From: Epithemia pelagica
Lineage: Eukaryota > Protista > Bacillariophyta
Assembly (NCBI GenBank): GCA_946965045.2
Contig: OX337233.1
Coordinates: 2,790,001-2,854,000, forward strand
Reading direction: 5' to 3'
Length of the DNA: 64,000 bases
The notes under the pieces were generated by a model. The model did not search any database. It was not told the DNA's origin and saw nothing but the letters and a program-made list of their open reading frames with translations. The translations under genes were made by a program, and so were the position numbers. Below are positions 30,104 through 41,532 of this stretch, piece by piece (position 1 is the first letter of the stretch; the number at the start of each line of letters is the position of its first letter).

Positions 30104-32260
30104 ATGGCAGCACCTGCGGTGGCAGCTCGATCGCGAGGAGGAGGATGGGATAGCTCTGGTGATTTGGGTACCATGATCCATCAAGGAAATGAGCAAGGCG
30201 CCTCTCCTCCACCACCCCTTCCTCTTCCTTCCTCTGTTCCTCGTCGTCGTGTCAACAGTCGCAGTGATTTGGAATTGGCCGTTCCCTTGTCGGTCGAGAT
30301 TTGGAATTTTGTGCTACCAACTGTGGATGCCGCCGGCGAGAGTGATGGAGACGATAATGACCCTCAAAGTGGCTCTGCTACTAAATCAGCGAGCTGGATT
30401 ACTACGCCTTCTTCCGCTTCTTCTGTAAATGCGACGGACTTGGCCATTGCCAAGAACGCAACCACGAGAAAGACGTCGACGACCAAATGGTACAAATTAA
30501 GACACCAAACTTCTATACTGGAAGAGGTGGAAATGCAAATGGTAGTTCAAGAAAATGCATCGAAAGCTGTCGTTCGCAACACTCAATCCAAAGACTCTGA
30601 TTCAAAAGAACTGGCGGAAAGCTCAGAGACTACAATCAACAAGGATGCGATTGAAAACGATTCCGAACAGGACGAATCTAACTCTTGCTCCCCTACGAAT
30701 GGATCTGATTCCAAAGAGGATTTACAGACTATCCAATCCGAAGACATTGTGCTTTATCGTAGTGTGAATGACAACGGGTTGACTGTGAATCCGTCTTGGT
30801 TTCATTTACAAGAAAAGTTATTGGGTATACATGAATGGATCAATCTACATCGTGACACATACGAGAGTTTGGAGTTTCGATTTTCACTTGTGGACAAAAG
30901 GAAAGAAAATGAATCTACACCATCGCACTTTTTGACAGTTCCTGGTCATCCGTCACAACTGGTGTCGCTTGGCAAGAATAATAACACGTTGATGAATCTC
31001 AAAATGTCCACAACCTTGCCCATCAACACCGTTGTGGTGCACTATTCCGATCGGACGTCTCGTATCTTACCAGCTCACTATCAGTTGTTGGCAGAGCAAC
31101 AGCCCCAAATCTTTCCTCGAGGTGCCGAGGACAAGTCCTTGTCGTTGTCCACATGGTCTTCTGCGGGCAATCATCATCACCATCATCAAAGTCAATCGTC
31201 CCTGGTTCCGCGATGGACGCAAGATCATGACAAAGATTCTCAAAAGGCAGATTCTGGAAAGAAAAAGATTGAGACACCTCGAAGACAAAGGTTTCGTGAT
31301 GATGCTTTCAAGTGTTTGGACGATGTGTCCAAGGGAAACGAAACAGATTCGGGCGAGCTGAGCCAGGAAGAACCACCCATGACTTCTTCCTACGAAGATC
31401 AAGAGGAAGCGGAGGAAACTAGGGAAGATGTTGACGTCCTCCCATCTCGCACTCTTTTGCGTGCTCAGGTACTACAACGAGAACGCCAGCGACTACTTGA
31501 CAGCATTGAAGAAGAGTTACAGGCGTATGAACAAGAAAAACAAGCACTCGCAGAAGCGGAAATACGACTTCGGGACGAGCTGACTGCCGAATGGAATCAA
31601 TTCGAAGAGCAAACGCTTCAAATCCGAGAGGCAACGCAACAAGAGCTGTGTGAGATTCAGCGGTTAGATCTCTTGATCGAAATGCATCGGATTCGTCTTG
31701 TTCGAGGACTCGAGGAGTGCTACCCAGTCGCGGAGGCTCCTCCCGTTCCAGCTCCCACAACCGCGTCGACGATGAGCAGCTATCTCATGAGCAGTAGTAG
31801 CAGTGGAAACATGAGTAGTCCCACAAATTCAGGAAATGGTCCCACTCTTCGGGGATGGACTCTACCATCCGCGGGAAGTTTATTCTCTTCGGCCACCGAC
31901 GACGAGTTGTCGGCAGTCTTGGGGGCCTTGTCGCATGTCGTCTTGCAATTGGCCAAGTATTTGGGGATACCCTTGCGCTATCGCATCTTTTCCAATTCGA
32001 GTCGTTCGGCAATTCAAGATGATCGAGGAATCATTCATCCGCTTTTCTTGGCTCGACCAGTGGAACGGGAACAAGTAGCTCAAGGGTTGGTACTCTTGGA
32101 TCGCAATGTGATGTGTATCGCACAGTCTCGTGGCATTGCAATACATCCATCCAAGCAACAGGACAGCTCATTGCAAACGTCCTCCTCGGATGTACACATC
32201 TTTGAGAAAGTACGACAGCTCTACCGTGCCACCATCGATGGTCCGACGGTTCTACCCTAG
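30104..32260 (+). CDS. UVRAG/Vps38-Atg14 family PI3K complex subunit
   Basis: Long coiled coil (about aa 480-560) followed by LGALSHVVLQLAKYLGIPLRY, resembling the UVRAG/Atg14 C-terminal domain. Confidence 0.7.
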   Translation: MAAPAVAARSRGGGWDSSGDLGTMIHQGNEQGASPPPPLPLPSSVPRRRVNSRSDLELAVPLSVEIWNFVLPTVDAAGESDGDDNDPQSGSATKSASWITTPSSASSVNATDLAIAKNATTRKTSTTKWYKLRHQTSILEEVEMQMVVQENASKAVVRNTQSKDSDSKELAESSETTINKDAIENDSEQDESNSCSPTNGSDSKEDLQTIQSEDIVLYRSVNDNGLTVNPSWFHLQEKLLGIHEWINLHRDTYESLEFRFSLVDKRKENESTPSHFLTVPGHPSQLVSLGKNNNTLMNLKMSTTLPINTVVVHYSDRTSRILPAHYQLLAEQQPQIFPRGAEDKSLSLSTWSSAGNHHHHHQSQSSLVPRWTQDHDKDSQKADSGKKKIETPRRQRFRDDAFKCLDDVSKGNETDSGELSQEEPPMTSSYEDQEEAEETREDVDVLPSRTLLRAQVLQRERQRLLDSIEEELQAYEQEKQALAEAEIRLRDELTAEWNQFEEQTLQIREATQQELCEIQRLDLLIEMHRIRLVRGLEECYPVAEAPPVPAPTTASTMSSYLMSSSSSGNMSSPTNSGNGPTLRGWTLPSAGSLFSSATDDELSAVLGALSHVVLQLAKYLGIPLRYRIFSNSSRSAIQDDRGIIHPLFLARPVEREQVAQGLVLLDRNVMCIAQSRGIAIHPSKQQDSSLQTSSSDVHIFEKVRQLYRATIDGPTVLP

Positions 32261-32770
32261 GTAGACATACGGCGACACGATACCTCAATGGCAGCTATTC
32301 GTGTGCCGTTGGTTCTTTTGATCCTTGCTTTGCTAGAAGCTTTGCATATCCCATAGGATTTTCGTCGCTCATGCTCTCGTCCTTTTGGACCGGACGACGC
32401 CCCTTGGACTTGGCCACCTGCAAAGTTGCAGAAAGCGTTAGGGGTCGTCCCTTTCACATCGATTGGTCTTGTGGGATGTGGTATTCAGGCACACAAATCC
32501 AGCGATCATGGAATATGAAGCAGGATGTTAGAGTTGTAAGGTAGGAGTAGGCGTTTGGTAGATCTCTCAGTTTCAACCCATGGCAATATATCGTCGATAA
32601 TACTCCTACTCCCCTACTAGACATTATCGGAACTATGCATACTACCTAATAGGCACCGCAAAGAAGCGTGTGACGTGTCGCGGTCCGCCATCGGCATCAA
32701 TCGGTGCAGTTGTTCTTCAAATCGACTTATTGGAAGAAGCTTGAAGAAGTGTACGACGACAATTGCGGCA

Positions 32771-34087
32771 ATGAACTTTTCGTCTCTGTCCTTGAGGCTG
32801 TGGTTTCTAATCAGTTTGAATGTGTTCACCCAGTTGACAACCTGCAGCGCCTTTTCCTCTGCTCCAAACCGTCCTTCACAAGCAGTGTACAATGATGCGA
32901 CCATGAGAGAAAGCAGTGATGAATCCAAGGACGACAGGGACGTTTTTGACATTGCAATTGTTGGAGCCGGTCCAGCTGGGCTTGTACTCGCACATGCGAT
33001 GCGTAACCGAGGGTATTCAGTACAAGTGCTTGAGCGCCGTGACTCGTTTCGACCAGTCGGTGCCGCTGTCTTTATGCATCCATTTGCTCTCAACTCGCTA
33101 CGAAATGTTTCCCCACAAGTCGAAAGCTCGTTGAGAGATGCTTGTACTCCCATTCAAATGATTGCCCTCAAGTCATTTCATGATGATAGTACCTATGTTT
33201 CCACCGACCAACTGGACAATGCTCCAGATGTACTAGGGGCTCCCTTTGTAGCAATTCGTTTTTGGGACATGCTGTGTGCTCTCAAAGAGGGGCTTCCTGA
33301 CGACATTTTTCGATTTGGTCATGAAGTTCAAGGCTTTGAACAAATAGAAAGCGGAGGAGTGAAAGTCAACTTTGTGCAAAATGATGACAGTGGACCGCAG
33401 CAACAAAGTATTCGAGCAAAATTATTGATTGATGCAGGTGGTATACGGTCCAAGGTGCGACGTCAGCTTGTCGGCGACAAGCCTATTCCGAGATTAAGAG
33501 CTACGTACGCAGTTGCTTCGGCAGAGAATGTGAATGCTATCCTTGGTGAAACTGATCATAGATCTGCCAGCAAAAATGGGGAACGAAAAATGGGCTTTAT
33601 GCTGGGTGATGGCGGTGTGAGTGTTACGACAGCGACCCTGGCCAATGGAGATGTGTGGTGGACACAAACAAGGTTTCGAGATGATCCAACAAAATCAATT
33701 CCTGTGGCTGGTGACGAAACGCTTCAAGAACGATTGAAAGAGCGTTTTTCGATGTGGCCATCCCATGTCCAAGGTTTGGTGGAAGCCACAGAGATTGAGG
33801 ACATTATAGAAAGTACCATATCGGAACTGCCTGTTGCATGGAAGTGGGGGCAGGGCTACGATGTGACGTTACTGGGAGATGCTGCACACGCACAACTTCC
33901 TGCTTTGGGATTGGGTGTATCCACAGCGTTTGCGGACATTGAAGAACTCTGTCGTCAAATTGACAAGTTTGGTTTGACTCGACAATCCCTCAGATGGTAT
34001 GAATTTGTTCGAATCCCACAAACCGCCTTTCTCCAGTTGGCAAGTCGCGCAGCTTACTTCCTGAATCTTTATCTGGGAAGCAAATGA
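32771..34087 (+). CDS. Plastid-targeted FAD-dependent monooxygenase (class A flavin hydroxylase / epoxidase-like)
   Basis: Signal peptide ending CSAF-S, GAGPAG Rossmann motif, DAGG motif and TLLGDAAH. Confidence 0.85.
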   Translation: MNFSSLSLRLWFLISLNVFTQLTTCSAFSSAPNRPSQAVYNDATMRESSDESKDDRDVFDIAIVGAGPAGLVLAHAMRNRGYSVQVLERRDSFRPVGAAVFMHPFALNSLRNVSPQVESSLRDACTPIQMIALKSFHDDSTYVSTDQLDNAPDVLGAPFVAIRFWDMLCALKEGLPDDIFRFGHEVQGFEQIESGGVKVNFVQNDDSGPQQQSIRAKLLIDAGGIRSKVRRQLVGDKPIPRLRATYAVASAENVNAILGETDHRSASKNGERKMGFMLGDGGVSVTTATLANGDVWWTQTRFRDDPTKSIPVAGDETLQERLKERFSMWPSHVQGLVEATEIEDIIESTISELPVAWKWGQGYDVTLLGDAAHAQLPALGLGVSTAFADIEELCRQIDKFGLTRQSLRWYEFVRIPQTAFLQLASRAAYFLNLYLGSK

Positions 34088-34392
34088 ACTACAAACTAGA
34101 ATTTTGTTGTCGCTGAACAGCATGTCGCCCGTAGATCTTTTGAAGGAACTGTACCGATGTTTCCCCAGAGTCTACTTGTTAATATATAGCGATCCATCAT
34201 TGTCGTGGAAGTCTTCAGTTTTGTATGTAGACAATATCATATGTTGTCTGTGATCACAGGTCCTACTGCGTTCGTACGGAATCATAGCGGTCGCAACTAC
34301 AACCAGATCGCACCAGGTTGTATGGACCACATGTAGCACTTGGTTTTGACAAGAAAGTGATATATAGTTTGATAGAAGCTCACAATGGTCAA

Positions 34393-35913
34393 TCAAGTTG
34401 TTGATAGGCCATACTTTGCTAGAACCTCATTAGCAGCAAGTTCCAAGGCTTGGTGTCGATCTAACTGGTTCGTCGCAGTTTGATCCGTTGGCACAAACTT
34501 GTTACATGCTGCATCCAAGATCGTAGATTTCCATGAAGCAAAAGTTTCGGCTTTTTCTCGCTCGTTCATATCATGGTCATTGTTTTCGGGATCATTTACG
34601 AAATCAGAGTCTTCCAGTGAGAAAGTGTTTACTTGAAAGGCGCGGAGCGCACCACTTGTCTTCGTCTTCTTCCCACAGCTTTTGTCCAAGGGCTCGTTTC
34701 CTTTCACTGATTCACCTTTTCGTTTTCGCGCTGGTGTCTTTGATTCGTCAACAACCTTATTCGATTCTTCCTTTATTGTATCCTTGGGTTTGTGGGATTT
34801 CTCTCTTTCCTCTTTGGTGTCTTCGTACCATTGGTGTACAAACGGAATTTTCTCCTTCACTTCCATATACGTAAAGGTGGACGACGCTTGAACCAAAATC
34901 TCCACAGTCAACGTATTGGATCCTTCTTCCTCATCGTGGGAACTCGTTTTCGATGCCGTAGAGTTGGATTTGCGCCCTGTCGTTTTGGCATCGTGTTTGA
35001 ACAATGAAGAGGAGCCTGTTACCAGATGGTAGAACATGGCCGCCTGATAGGCCGGCCAGAATCTGCGTACATCGTACTCATAGTCTAGTCGTTGTTGAGT
35101 CGTTGGCATTTTTGCAGCTTGTTTCTTTGTGTATTGAAGAAAGTTTTTCAAGGCCGTCACGGTGGACTGCAACATGGCCGCTGGGTCTCGAAGATACAAC
35201 GCCAAACGAACGACCAAATCTGGAACAATATTGTCCGGATGCTTTCCTTGCAATGTCAACAATAACGAGTCACATGTCATGTTGCGTTGGGGACGCTGCG
35301 GCCGATGAGCAACAGAAGACTGTAACAAGGCACTCTTTCCTATCAACGGTCCTCGAGTTTTGGTGTTGATCAAAGGTTGAACCGAACGAGCCACTTGTTT
35401 GGAAGCCTGAGACCGTTTGTTTCTCTCTTCTTGAATGACATAATAATAGTTTCGAACCTTTTCTTGAAGTTCCTGAAAGCTCGCATGATTGACTCCCATT
35501 TTCTGGGCAATCTCTTTGGTGGAAATGGTCGAAATGGATAGGGTTTGCCCCAACTGCTTCGTTTGCTTGTCTTGTTGTTGCTTCGATTGAAGAACAATGT
35601 CCAGCAGAATGGCGGCCCGAATTTCTTGTCGGTCTCCACCACCACCACCACCACCGCCTCGACCTGACTTGTTCTTTTTTCCTAATGCCCCCAGGGACGC
35701 TTTCATTTCGAGCAATCGGAGAGCTTCGCGCGCCGCATCGAGAATGGGTTTCCTCTCCGCTCGATGATTTGGTGTGGCCGCATCGTCGTCACTCCCCCAA
35801 ACCTTTTCCCACACTTGGGAAACCACATCTTGCAGAATCGTTGGCCCCGGAGCCCTTCGCTTGGGTTGCTTCAACAACAAGGAGGATCGACCAGCGTTGT
35901 GGTTGGACGACAT
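34393..35913 (-). CDS. Hypothetical protein (about 506 aa)
   Basis: Long stop-free ORF with protein-like composition and basic NLS-like patches (RKRKGE). No family recognised. Confidence 0.7.
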   Translation of the reverse strand: MSSNHNAGRSSLLLKQPKRRAPGPTILQDVVSQVWEKVWGSDDDAATPNHRAERKPILDAAREALRLLEMKASLGALGKKNKSGRGGGGGGGGDRQEIRAAILLDIVLQSKQQQDKQTKQLGQTLSISTISTKEIAQKMGVNHASFQELQEKVRNYYYVIQEERNKRSQASKQVARSVQPLINTKTRGPLIGKSALLQSSVAHRPQRPQRNMTCDSLLLTLQGKHPDNIVPDLVVRLALYLRDPAAMLQSTVTALKNFLQYTKKQAAKMPTTQQRLDYEYDVRRFWPAYQAAMFYHLVTGSSSLFKHDAKTTGRKSNSTASKTSSHDEEEGSNTLTVEILVQASSTFTYMEVKEKIPFVHQWYEDTKEEREKSHKPKDTIKEESNKVVDESKTPARKRKGESVKGNEPLDKSCGKKTKTSGALRAFQVNTFSLEDSDFVNDPENNDHDMNEREKAETFASWKSTILDAACNKFVPTDQTATNQLDRHQALELAANEVLAKYGLSTT

Positions 35914-36063
35914 TCTCCGCCCATTGTTAGTATGTCTCCAAAACCAGCAATGACACAAACGCGACCGACTACAGTCGCTGTTAGATCGCTGAAATCAGTG
36001 ACTCATTCTTTCAGGGATTGCTTTCTTGGTTGTTCTCACAACTTTGAAGATTGTCTGAGAACA

Positions 36064-36717
36064 ATGGCCTTGACGGTCGTTCCAAGTCGTTCCTTCTTTA
36101 TCGCATCTGCCAAACGAACGCTTTGCTTATTGACACTACAGCAACTAGCATTCCAATCCAGGACGGGTGCCTTGTCATTCTTTAGCAGTAGCAAGAACAA
36201 CGACAACAACAATATGCCGCCGATCCAACGAATCCAGCCCGTCGGGGATCAGGAATCGGTGTGGGATTACCCTCGACCACCTCTTGTGGAACCAGTCCCG
36301 GAGAATTTGCGAGTAATCTTTAACGGCCAGGAGATTGTTAATACCAACCGCAGTTTTCGTGTCCTCGAAACCAGTCATCCACCGACCTATTACATTCCCA
36401 AACAAGATATTCAAATGCAATATTTGGAACAGGCTCCTGCACGGAGTACGTATTGTGAATTCAAAGGACAAGCCAGCTATTATTCGGTACGAGTACAAGA
36501 CAAGGTTGCGTCCAACTGTGCCTGGTCCTATCCCAGTCCATCCTCGTCCCGATTCGAACCCATTGCCGACTACGTGTCATTTTATGCCAGTAATATGGAT
36601 GCCTGTTATGTTGGAGACGAAAAGGTGCAAGCACAGGAAGGAGACTTTTATGGAGGATGGATCACGTCCAAAATCGTGGGACCTTTCAAGGGTGGAGCCG
36701 GTACATGGGGATGGTAG
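36064..36717 (+). CDS. DUF427 family protein with probable organellar presequence
   Basis: ESVWDYPRPP, RVLETSHPPTYYIP, TYCEFKGQASYY, AWSYP and GDFYGGWIT. Confidence 0.85.
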   Translation: MALTVVPSRSFFIASAKRTLCLLTLQQLAFQSRTGALSFFSSSKNNDNNNMPPIQRIQPVGDQESVWDYPRPPLVEPVPENLRVIFNGQEIVNTNRSFRVLETSHPPTYYIPKQDIQMQYLEQAPARSTYCEFKGQASYYSVRVQDKVASNCAWSYPSPSSSRFEPIADYVSFYASNMDACYVGDEKVQAQEGDFYGGWITSKIVGPFKGGAGTWGW

Positions 36718-37046
36718 GACCCTTTATCAACACGAGACCCATGATCGCAACGATTGGATGACGCAGCGACGCACTCCATCTTTCATTTCAATCAGATTTC
36801 AATCGTCTGAAATTCAGATAAAGCTGTATAACGGGACCGTTAAAAAACACAATACTTTAACGTATAGCACATTGCTTTCCATCTAAAACTCAACTGTGTT
36901 CCCACAAACCTATCAACGTTGAATCAACCGTAGCGTACCAAAACCACGACGTTTCTGATGTATGCAGCTGTATGATATAGTTGTAAGTAGTCTATACCGT
37001 TAATATCATTAAAATATTTGTGAGAGTCGAGCTTCTGAGTTTGTTT

Positions 37047-38741
37047 CTACATTTTGGATTGTAATACAGGTTCTGGTGCGGCGGCGCCCATGAGCGGAGG
37101 GACCTTGGCACCCGACGCTTGGGGAGACGTGCCCCAGGTTCCGAGGGTGACGACTTCTTCAGCCGCCGTGGGATGAATGGCCACAACGGCATCAAAATCC
37201 GCCTTGGTGGCACCCATTTTCATGGCCACACCAAAGCCTTGCAAGACTTCGTCCACGGCCATGCCAATCATGTGCAATCCCACAACTTGTTCGTGAATAC
37301 CGGCCGTAATGAGTTTGACGACAGTTTTGGGTTTTTCCGAGGGTTCCATTTCAAACATGGAATAATGCAAGTTGACAAAGGTACTCTTGTATACCTTGAT
37401 GTTGTCTTGGCCGTATTTGGCCACTGCTTCTGGTTCGGTCAATCCAATGGTACCAATGGTGGGATGGGAAAAGACGACAGTGGGGACCAGTTCGTACGAC
37501 GTTTTGGGAACTGGATCGACGGTTGGTCCAAACAAGCGATCCGACAAGCGACGACCAGCGGCAATGGCCATGGGTGTCAATTCTACCTTGCCACAAACAT
37601 CTCCAATGGCCATGATATGCGGCACGGACGTTTGTTGGAGTTCATCTGCCACAATGGTCTGATTTGATTCGTTCTGTTTCACCCCGGCGTGTTCCAATCC
37701 CAGACCTTGGACATTGGGTTTGACGGTATTTTCCAAATCCAATCCATCGACATGAGGGACTCGACCCGGTGCCATGAGGACGACATCAACGTCTTCAATG
37801 ACTTTGCCCGACACGGTCGTCACGCTCTTCTTGTTATCGGCAGTCAATTCAATTTTAGCAATGCCATTGGTATTCCGATGAATGGTCAGACCATCGTGTT
37901 GCATTTGTTTATCCAAAAAGTTGGAAATGTCTGGATCAAAACTTCTTAAGGCTTGGCCTTTGCGGACGACCAAGTGTGTTTTGGTGCCCAAACTGTTCAA
38001 GACACCGGCCAATTCGACCGCAATGTAGCCAGCACCGACGACGACGGCCGTTTGCGGTTGTTCCGTTAACTCAAAAAAGCCATCGCTCGTAATCGAGTGT
38101 TCAATGCCCTCGACTTTGGTGTCGACATAGGGCTTGCCACCAGTGGCAATCAAAATGTATTCGGCCGTAACATTGGTGGTAGACCCGTCGCTGGTCTTGA
38201 TTTGAACGGTATGGTCATTCACAAAACTTCCAAAGCCTTCATAGACGGTAATGCCGGCTTTTTTGAGTCCATTGAGATAAATGCCATTGAGACGGGCAAT
38301 GTACTTGTCTCGCTTCTCCTTGAATCGAGGCCAATCCATCTTGTATTCATTGTTGTCACCAGTATCAAAGGTGTACATTTTAGCATCTTGTAACAGCGTT
38401 TCTCGAATGTGTGCTGCTTGAAACATGATCTTCTTGGGCACACAACCGACATTGACACAGGTACCACCCCATCGCGCCGATTCAATCACGGCCACCTTTT
38501 TGCCATAGAGTTGTGCGGCCCGTTTGGCCGAGGACACTCCTCCACTGCCACCACCAATCACCAAGTAATCGTAGTCGTATGTTGTTGTTGTTGTCGTCAT
38601 GTTGTTGTCGTTGTTTAGTTTTTGTTTTTTATGGTCACTCACGGTGGAGAGTGTCCGCCAAACCCGAAAGATGATTGACGTGGAATCATGCTGGAGCGAT
38701 TTTCGACAGATGTTCGACGAAGAATTCAAAAGATTCCTCAT
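37047..38741 (-). CDS. GSR: Glutathione reductase
   Basis: YDYLVIGGGSGG, redox disulfide GGTCVNVGCVPKK, GAGYIA...VR NADPH site and AIHPTAAEE. Candidate starts at 38741 and 38600. Confidence 0.95.
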   Translation of the reverse strand: MRNLLNSSSNICRKSLQHDSTSIIFRVWRTLSTVSDHKKQKLNNDNNMTTTTTTYDYDYLVIGGGSGGVSSAKRAAQLYGKKVAVIESARWGGTCVNVGCVPKKIMFQAAHIRETLLQDAKMYTFDTGDNNEYKMDWPRFKEKRDKYIARLNGIYLNGLKKAGITVYEGFGSFVNDHTVQIKTSDGSTTNVTAEYILIATGGKPYVDTKVEGIEHSITSDGFFELTEQPQTAVVVGAGYIAVELAGVLNSLGTKTHLVVRKGQALRSFDPDISNFLDKQMQHDGLTIHRNTNGIAKIELTADNKKSVTTVSGKVIEDVDVVLMAPGRVPHVDGLDLENTVKPNVQGLGLEHAGVKQNESNQTIVADELQQTSVPHIMAIGDVCGKVELTPMAIAAGRRLSDRLFGPTVDPVPKTSYELVPTVVFSHPTIGTIGLTEPEAVAKYGQDNIKVYKSTFVNLHYSMFEMEPSEKPKTVVKLITAGIHEQVVGLHMIGMAVDEVLQGFGVAMKMGATKADFDAVVAIHPTAAEEVVTLGTWGTSPQASGAKVPPLMGAAAPEPVLQSKM

Positions 38742-39439
38742 GTGAAACGCTGAAGCGTACAATCGCTCTGTATCCACTGTCAGATGTGATTTACACTCTC
38801 GAGCGGCACACAGACTTTGACTGAAAGATCTCACAACACACCTTGCTTGGGTAGGGAAAGGTAGCCCCAAACTCCGCTCTTTATGGTTACATTCGTGCTG
38901 GGGAAGCCTAATTGAAGACAAAGAGTGAAGTTGGCGCGTACCACTCTTTCCCAGAACTCTGAAGGTAGACCAATATGGAAGGGATTGTTCATGGTATTCA
39001 AACAGAAGTGACATTATAGAGTGATCTTTCCTTGTAGGGCTCTTGCTGACCTACACCATAGTGACGATCCGACTGGCGGGGGAGACGTCTTTCGGCTCTT
39101 CTTTCATCTTGCACCCAAAGAATGTTGTCGACCAGCATAGTAGAAGGTCCAGATTCCCATTGTATACTTTTAGAGAGGAAACATGAGAACGCAACGGCCC
39201 CTAGATAGAGTTGTCGCAACGTTGCACCATAACCTTAGTCTTCCTTCCACCCTCTACGGATAGTAGAGCTAGCTAGCCCGGTGAATGACGTCAGGCCAAT
39301 GGCAAAGAAATCATGTCCAGATTTTCTTGTCCGTTGTGGGGTTGTTTGTTGTTTGACGTTCCACATCAAAATCTTTGACCTCAATCTCAAGAGGGTTGTT
39401 ACAAACGAGTGAAGCAAGGTTGTGAAAGAAGAAGACAAC

Positions 39440-40371
39440 ATGGTGAAGCATCTTGTTCAAGTGTTGGAAGTGTCTTTGAATGACTTATGCAGCTACCTAC
39501 CTCCTGGGCTTACCCCGTCGATCGCATCTGCCTTTATTGAGGGAGGAAAGTACTTGAAGGAGTACCGACATGAGTTTGTCGGCACTCTCTTGATGATTGT
39601 CTGTACATTTAGCGCTGGAAAATGGGTCGGAGAAGATTCAACGTCGGTTGCCTGGGGCGCTCATGCTTTGGGTGTGATTGCGGCCGATTACTTTGGTGGT
39701 GGCCCACATGTCAACCCGGCCGTCACCATGTCCATGTGGTGTTTGGGCAAATGCTCCTACACAGAGGCCTACGTTCGCGTCGCCGCACAAATGGGTGGCG
39801 GTTTGGTAGCCTTTCCCTTGTATCATGCTCTTTCGGACGCCTTGAAAGTGACCCCCTTTGGTGGACCCGAATTCAATGTGGAAGACTATGATCACTCCAT
39901 GGAAGCCTTCTTGTCCGAATTTGGTGCCACCCTCTTGCTCATGTGGGCGATTTACATTTTGAATTGGGAACTCAATTTTGGAAAGTTCCATTACATTATC
40001 AAGCAAACCCTTACGGCTGTCGCCATTCGAGCCTTGATTGAATTCTTTCCCACCGCTGGTCCAGCCATGAATCCCATGTTGGCCACCGCCTGGGCCGTCT
40101 TTTCCAACAAGTTTGAATTCCCGTCCCACTTTTTGCACTAGTACGTCTTGTTCTGTGGTTGGCGAATCTCTGGTACGGAACTTTACCTCACACAACATTG
40201 CCATTCTCCCTTCGTTTCGTTTTGTACTCCAGCTTTGTGTACTGGGCGTCTCCCTTTATGGCAGCCATTTTGGCCAGCGCTCTCTACGTCATTTATGCCG
40301 GTGGTACCGTCTTTGGAAAGCGGTTGCCCATGGGTCCACTCAAGTCGACCAAGAAGATCAAAAAGAGCTAA
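39440..40371 (+). CDS. Major intrinsic protein (aquaporin), probably heterokont LIP type; exons 39440-40140 and 40233-40371
   Basis: HVNPAVT and GPAMNPM motifs, six hydrophobic segments. GTACGT...CAG intron at 40141-40232 restores HYFVYWASP. Confidence 0.92.
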
Positions 40372-40755
40372 CTAAATGTAGTTTTACCTCCACACGTTTG
40401 TGGTTTGCTCAGTGATTCTGAGATCCCTGGGACAGTGGCAAGGAGCTTTGTGGTCTTGATTCGTGACTGTGAGACATGGTGGACAGGTACGTCAAGTATG
40501 TCCACGAGGAACAACAATTAACCATCAAGAATCCCAATGTCATTGCATAAGAGTATTTATTTGTTTCTGTAACCTTGAGTAACGTTTTGCTTCTATATTC
40601 ATATCATTCTTTTATATTAGTCGCGACTTCCCAGATCGATTGTCATGACAAAGGCGTCGAAAGAACTACTGCGAAACCTACCGTATATCTACCATGGAAT
40701 TCAGTATGTAGTGAATGTCAAACTTTTCCTTGGATGTCTGCCTACCTAGTCGATG

Positions 40756-41532
40756 TTAGGAAGGGCTCCTTTGGGCAATAAGAAACGTCACAAATTGACT
40801 TGTAGCTTGCAGCATCTCCAGATGCACCCCGAATATAACATCGCTTCTGATTCTGCACAGTTGTCAGAAGTGGCAAACAAGAGAAGCAAACCATCATGCT
40901 GTATCCAATTGGTGCCGGCTAGAGAGCAATCGCCTCCTGACAGGAATCGCTGTTCTCCACGATCTAACTTTTCGCAATCATCATTGACATACGAGAAGAT
41001 CTTGTGGCAGATGGCGAACGAAAAACATCTCGTACAAAGTCAAGACAGCATTTTCGTCAACGTCATCGACGGGGGTTTCGTAACGCATAAGTTCAAAGCA
41101 GAGAGTTTGTGAGGACACCAAATTCAATCCCTGGAATGATGCTGCACAATTCTGGCAATTGGGGAACTCTAAATTTATGCTGGATCCAAAATGTTTCAAC
41201 AATCAAAGGCTTGACTGCCAAGGAATATGTTGAATCTTGTAAAGAATCTCGTCGAAATCCTCAAATCTAAATCTTCCAGTGAACGAATCGACAAGGTCAT
41301 CTTCCATCGTGATGCTTTTTCAAAGTGCCGCTGCCAAGGGAATCACATCCCTATCCAGCGGATCTCCCCATCGATACTGAACCGACGATTCCTTAAATGG
41401 CTTGTTCTTGAGAGTGTCCTGGCTTCTTGAATATATTCTTGAATCGATGGAAGCTTCGGGGACTGTGCGAGAGTAGACGGACGCCACCAACAGAAGTAGT
41501 GGTATTACGTATGCCGCAATCATATTTCTCAT
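40756..41532 (-). pseudogene. Decayed gene for a secreted protein
   Basis: Signal-peptide-like start MIAAYVIPLLLLVASVYS followed by protein-like sequence broken by several in-frame TGA codons and probable frameshifts. Confidence 0.45.

Noticed and set aside
40756-41532. Selenoprotein or TGA recoding (six in-frame TGA codons)
   Set aside because: The best protein-like reading switches frame near 40990, the TGA codons are not in Cys-like contexts, and no SECIS was recognised; decay is the simpler explanation.
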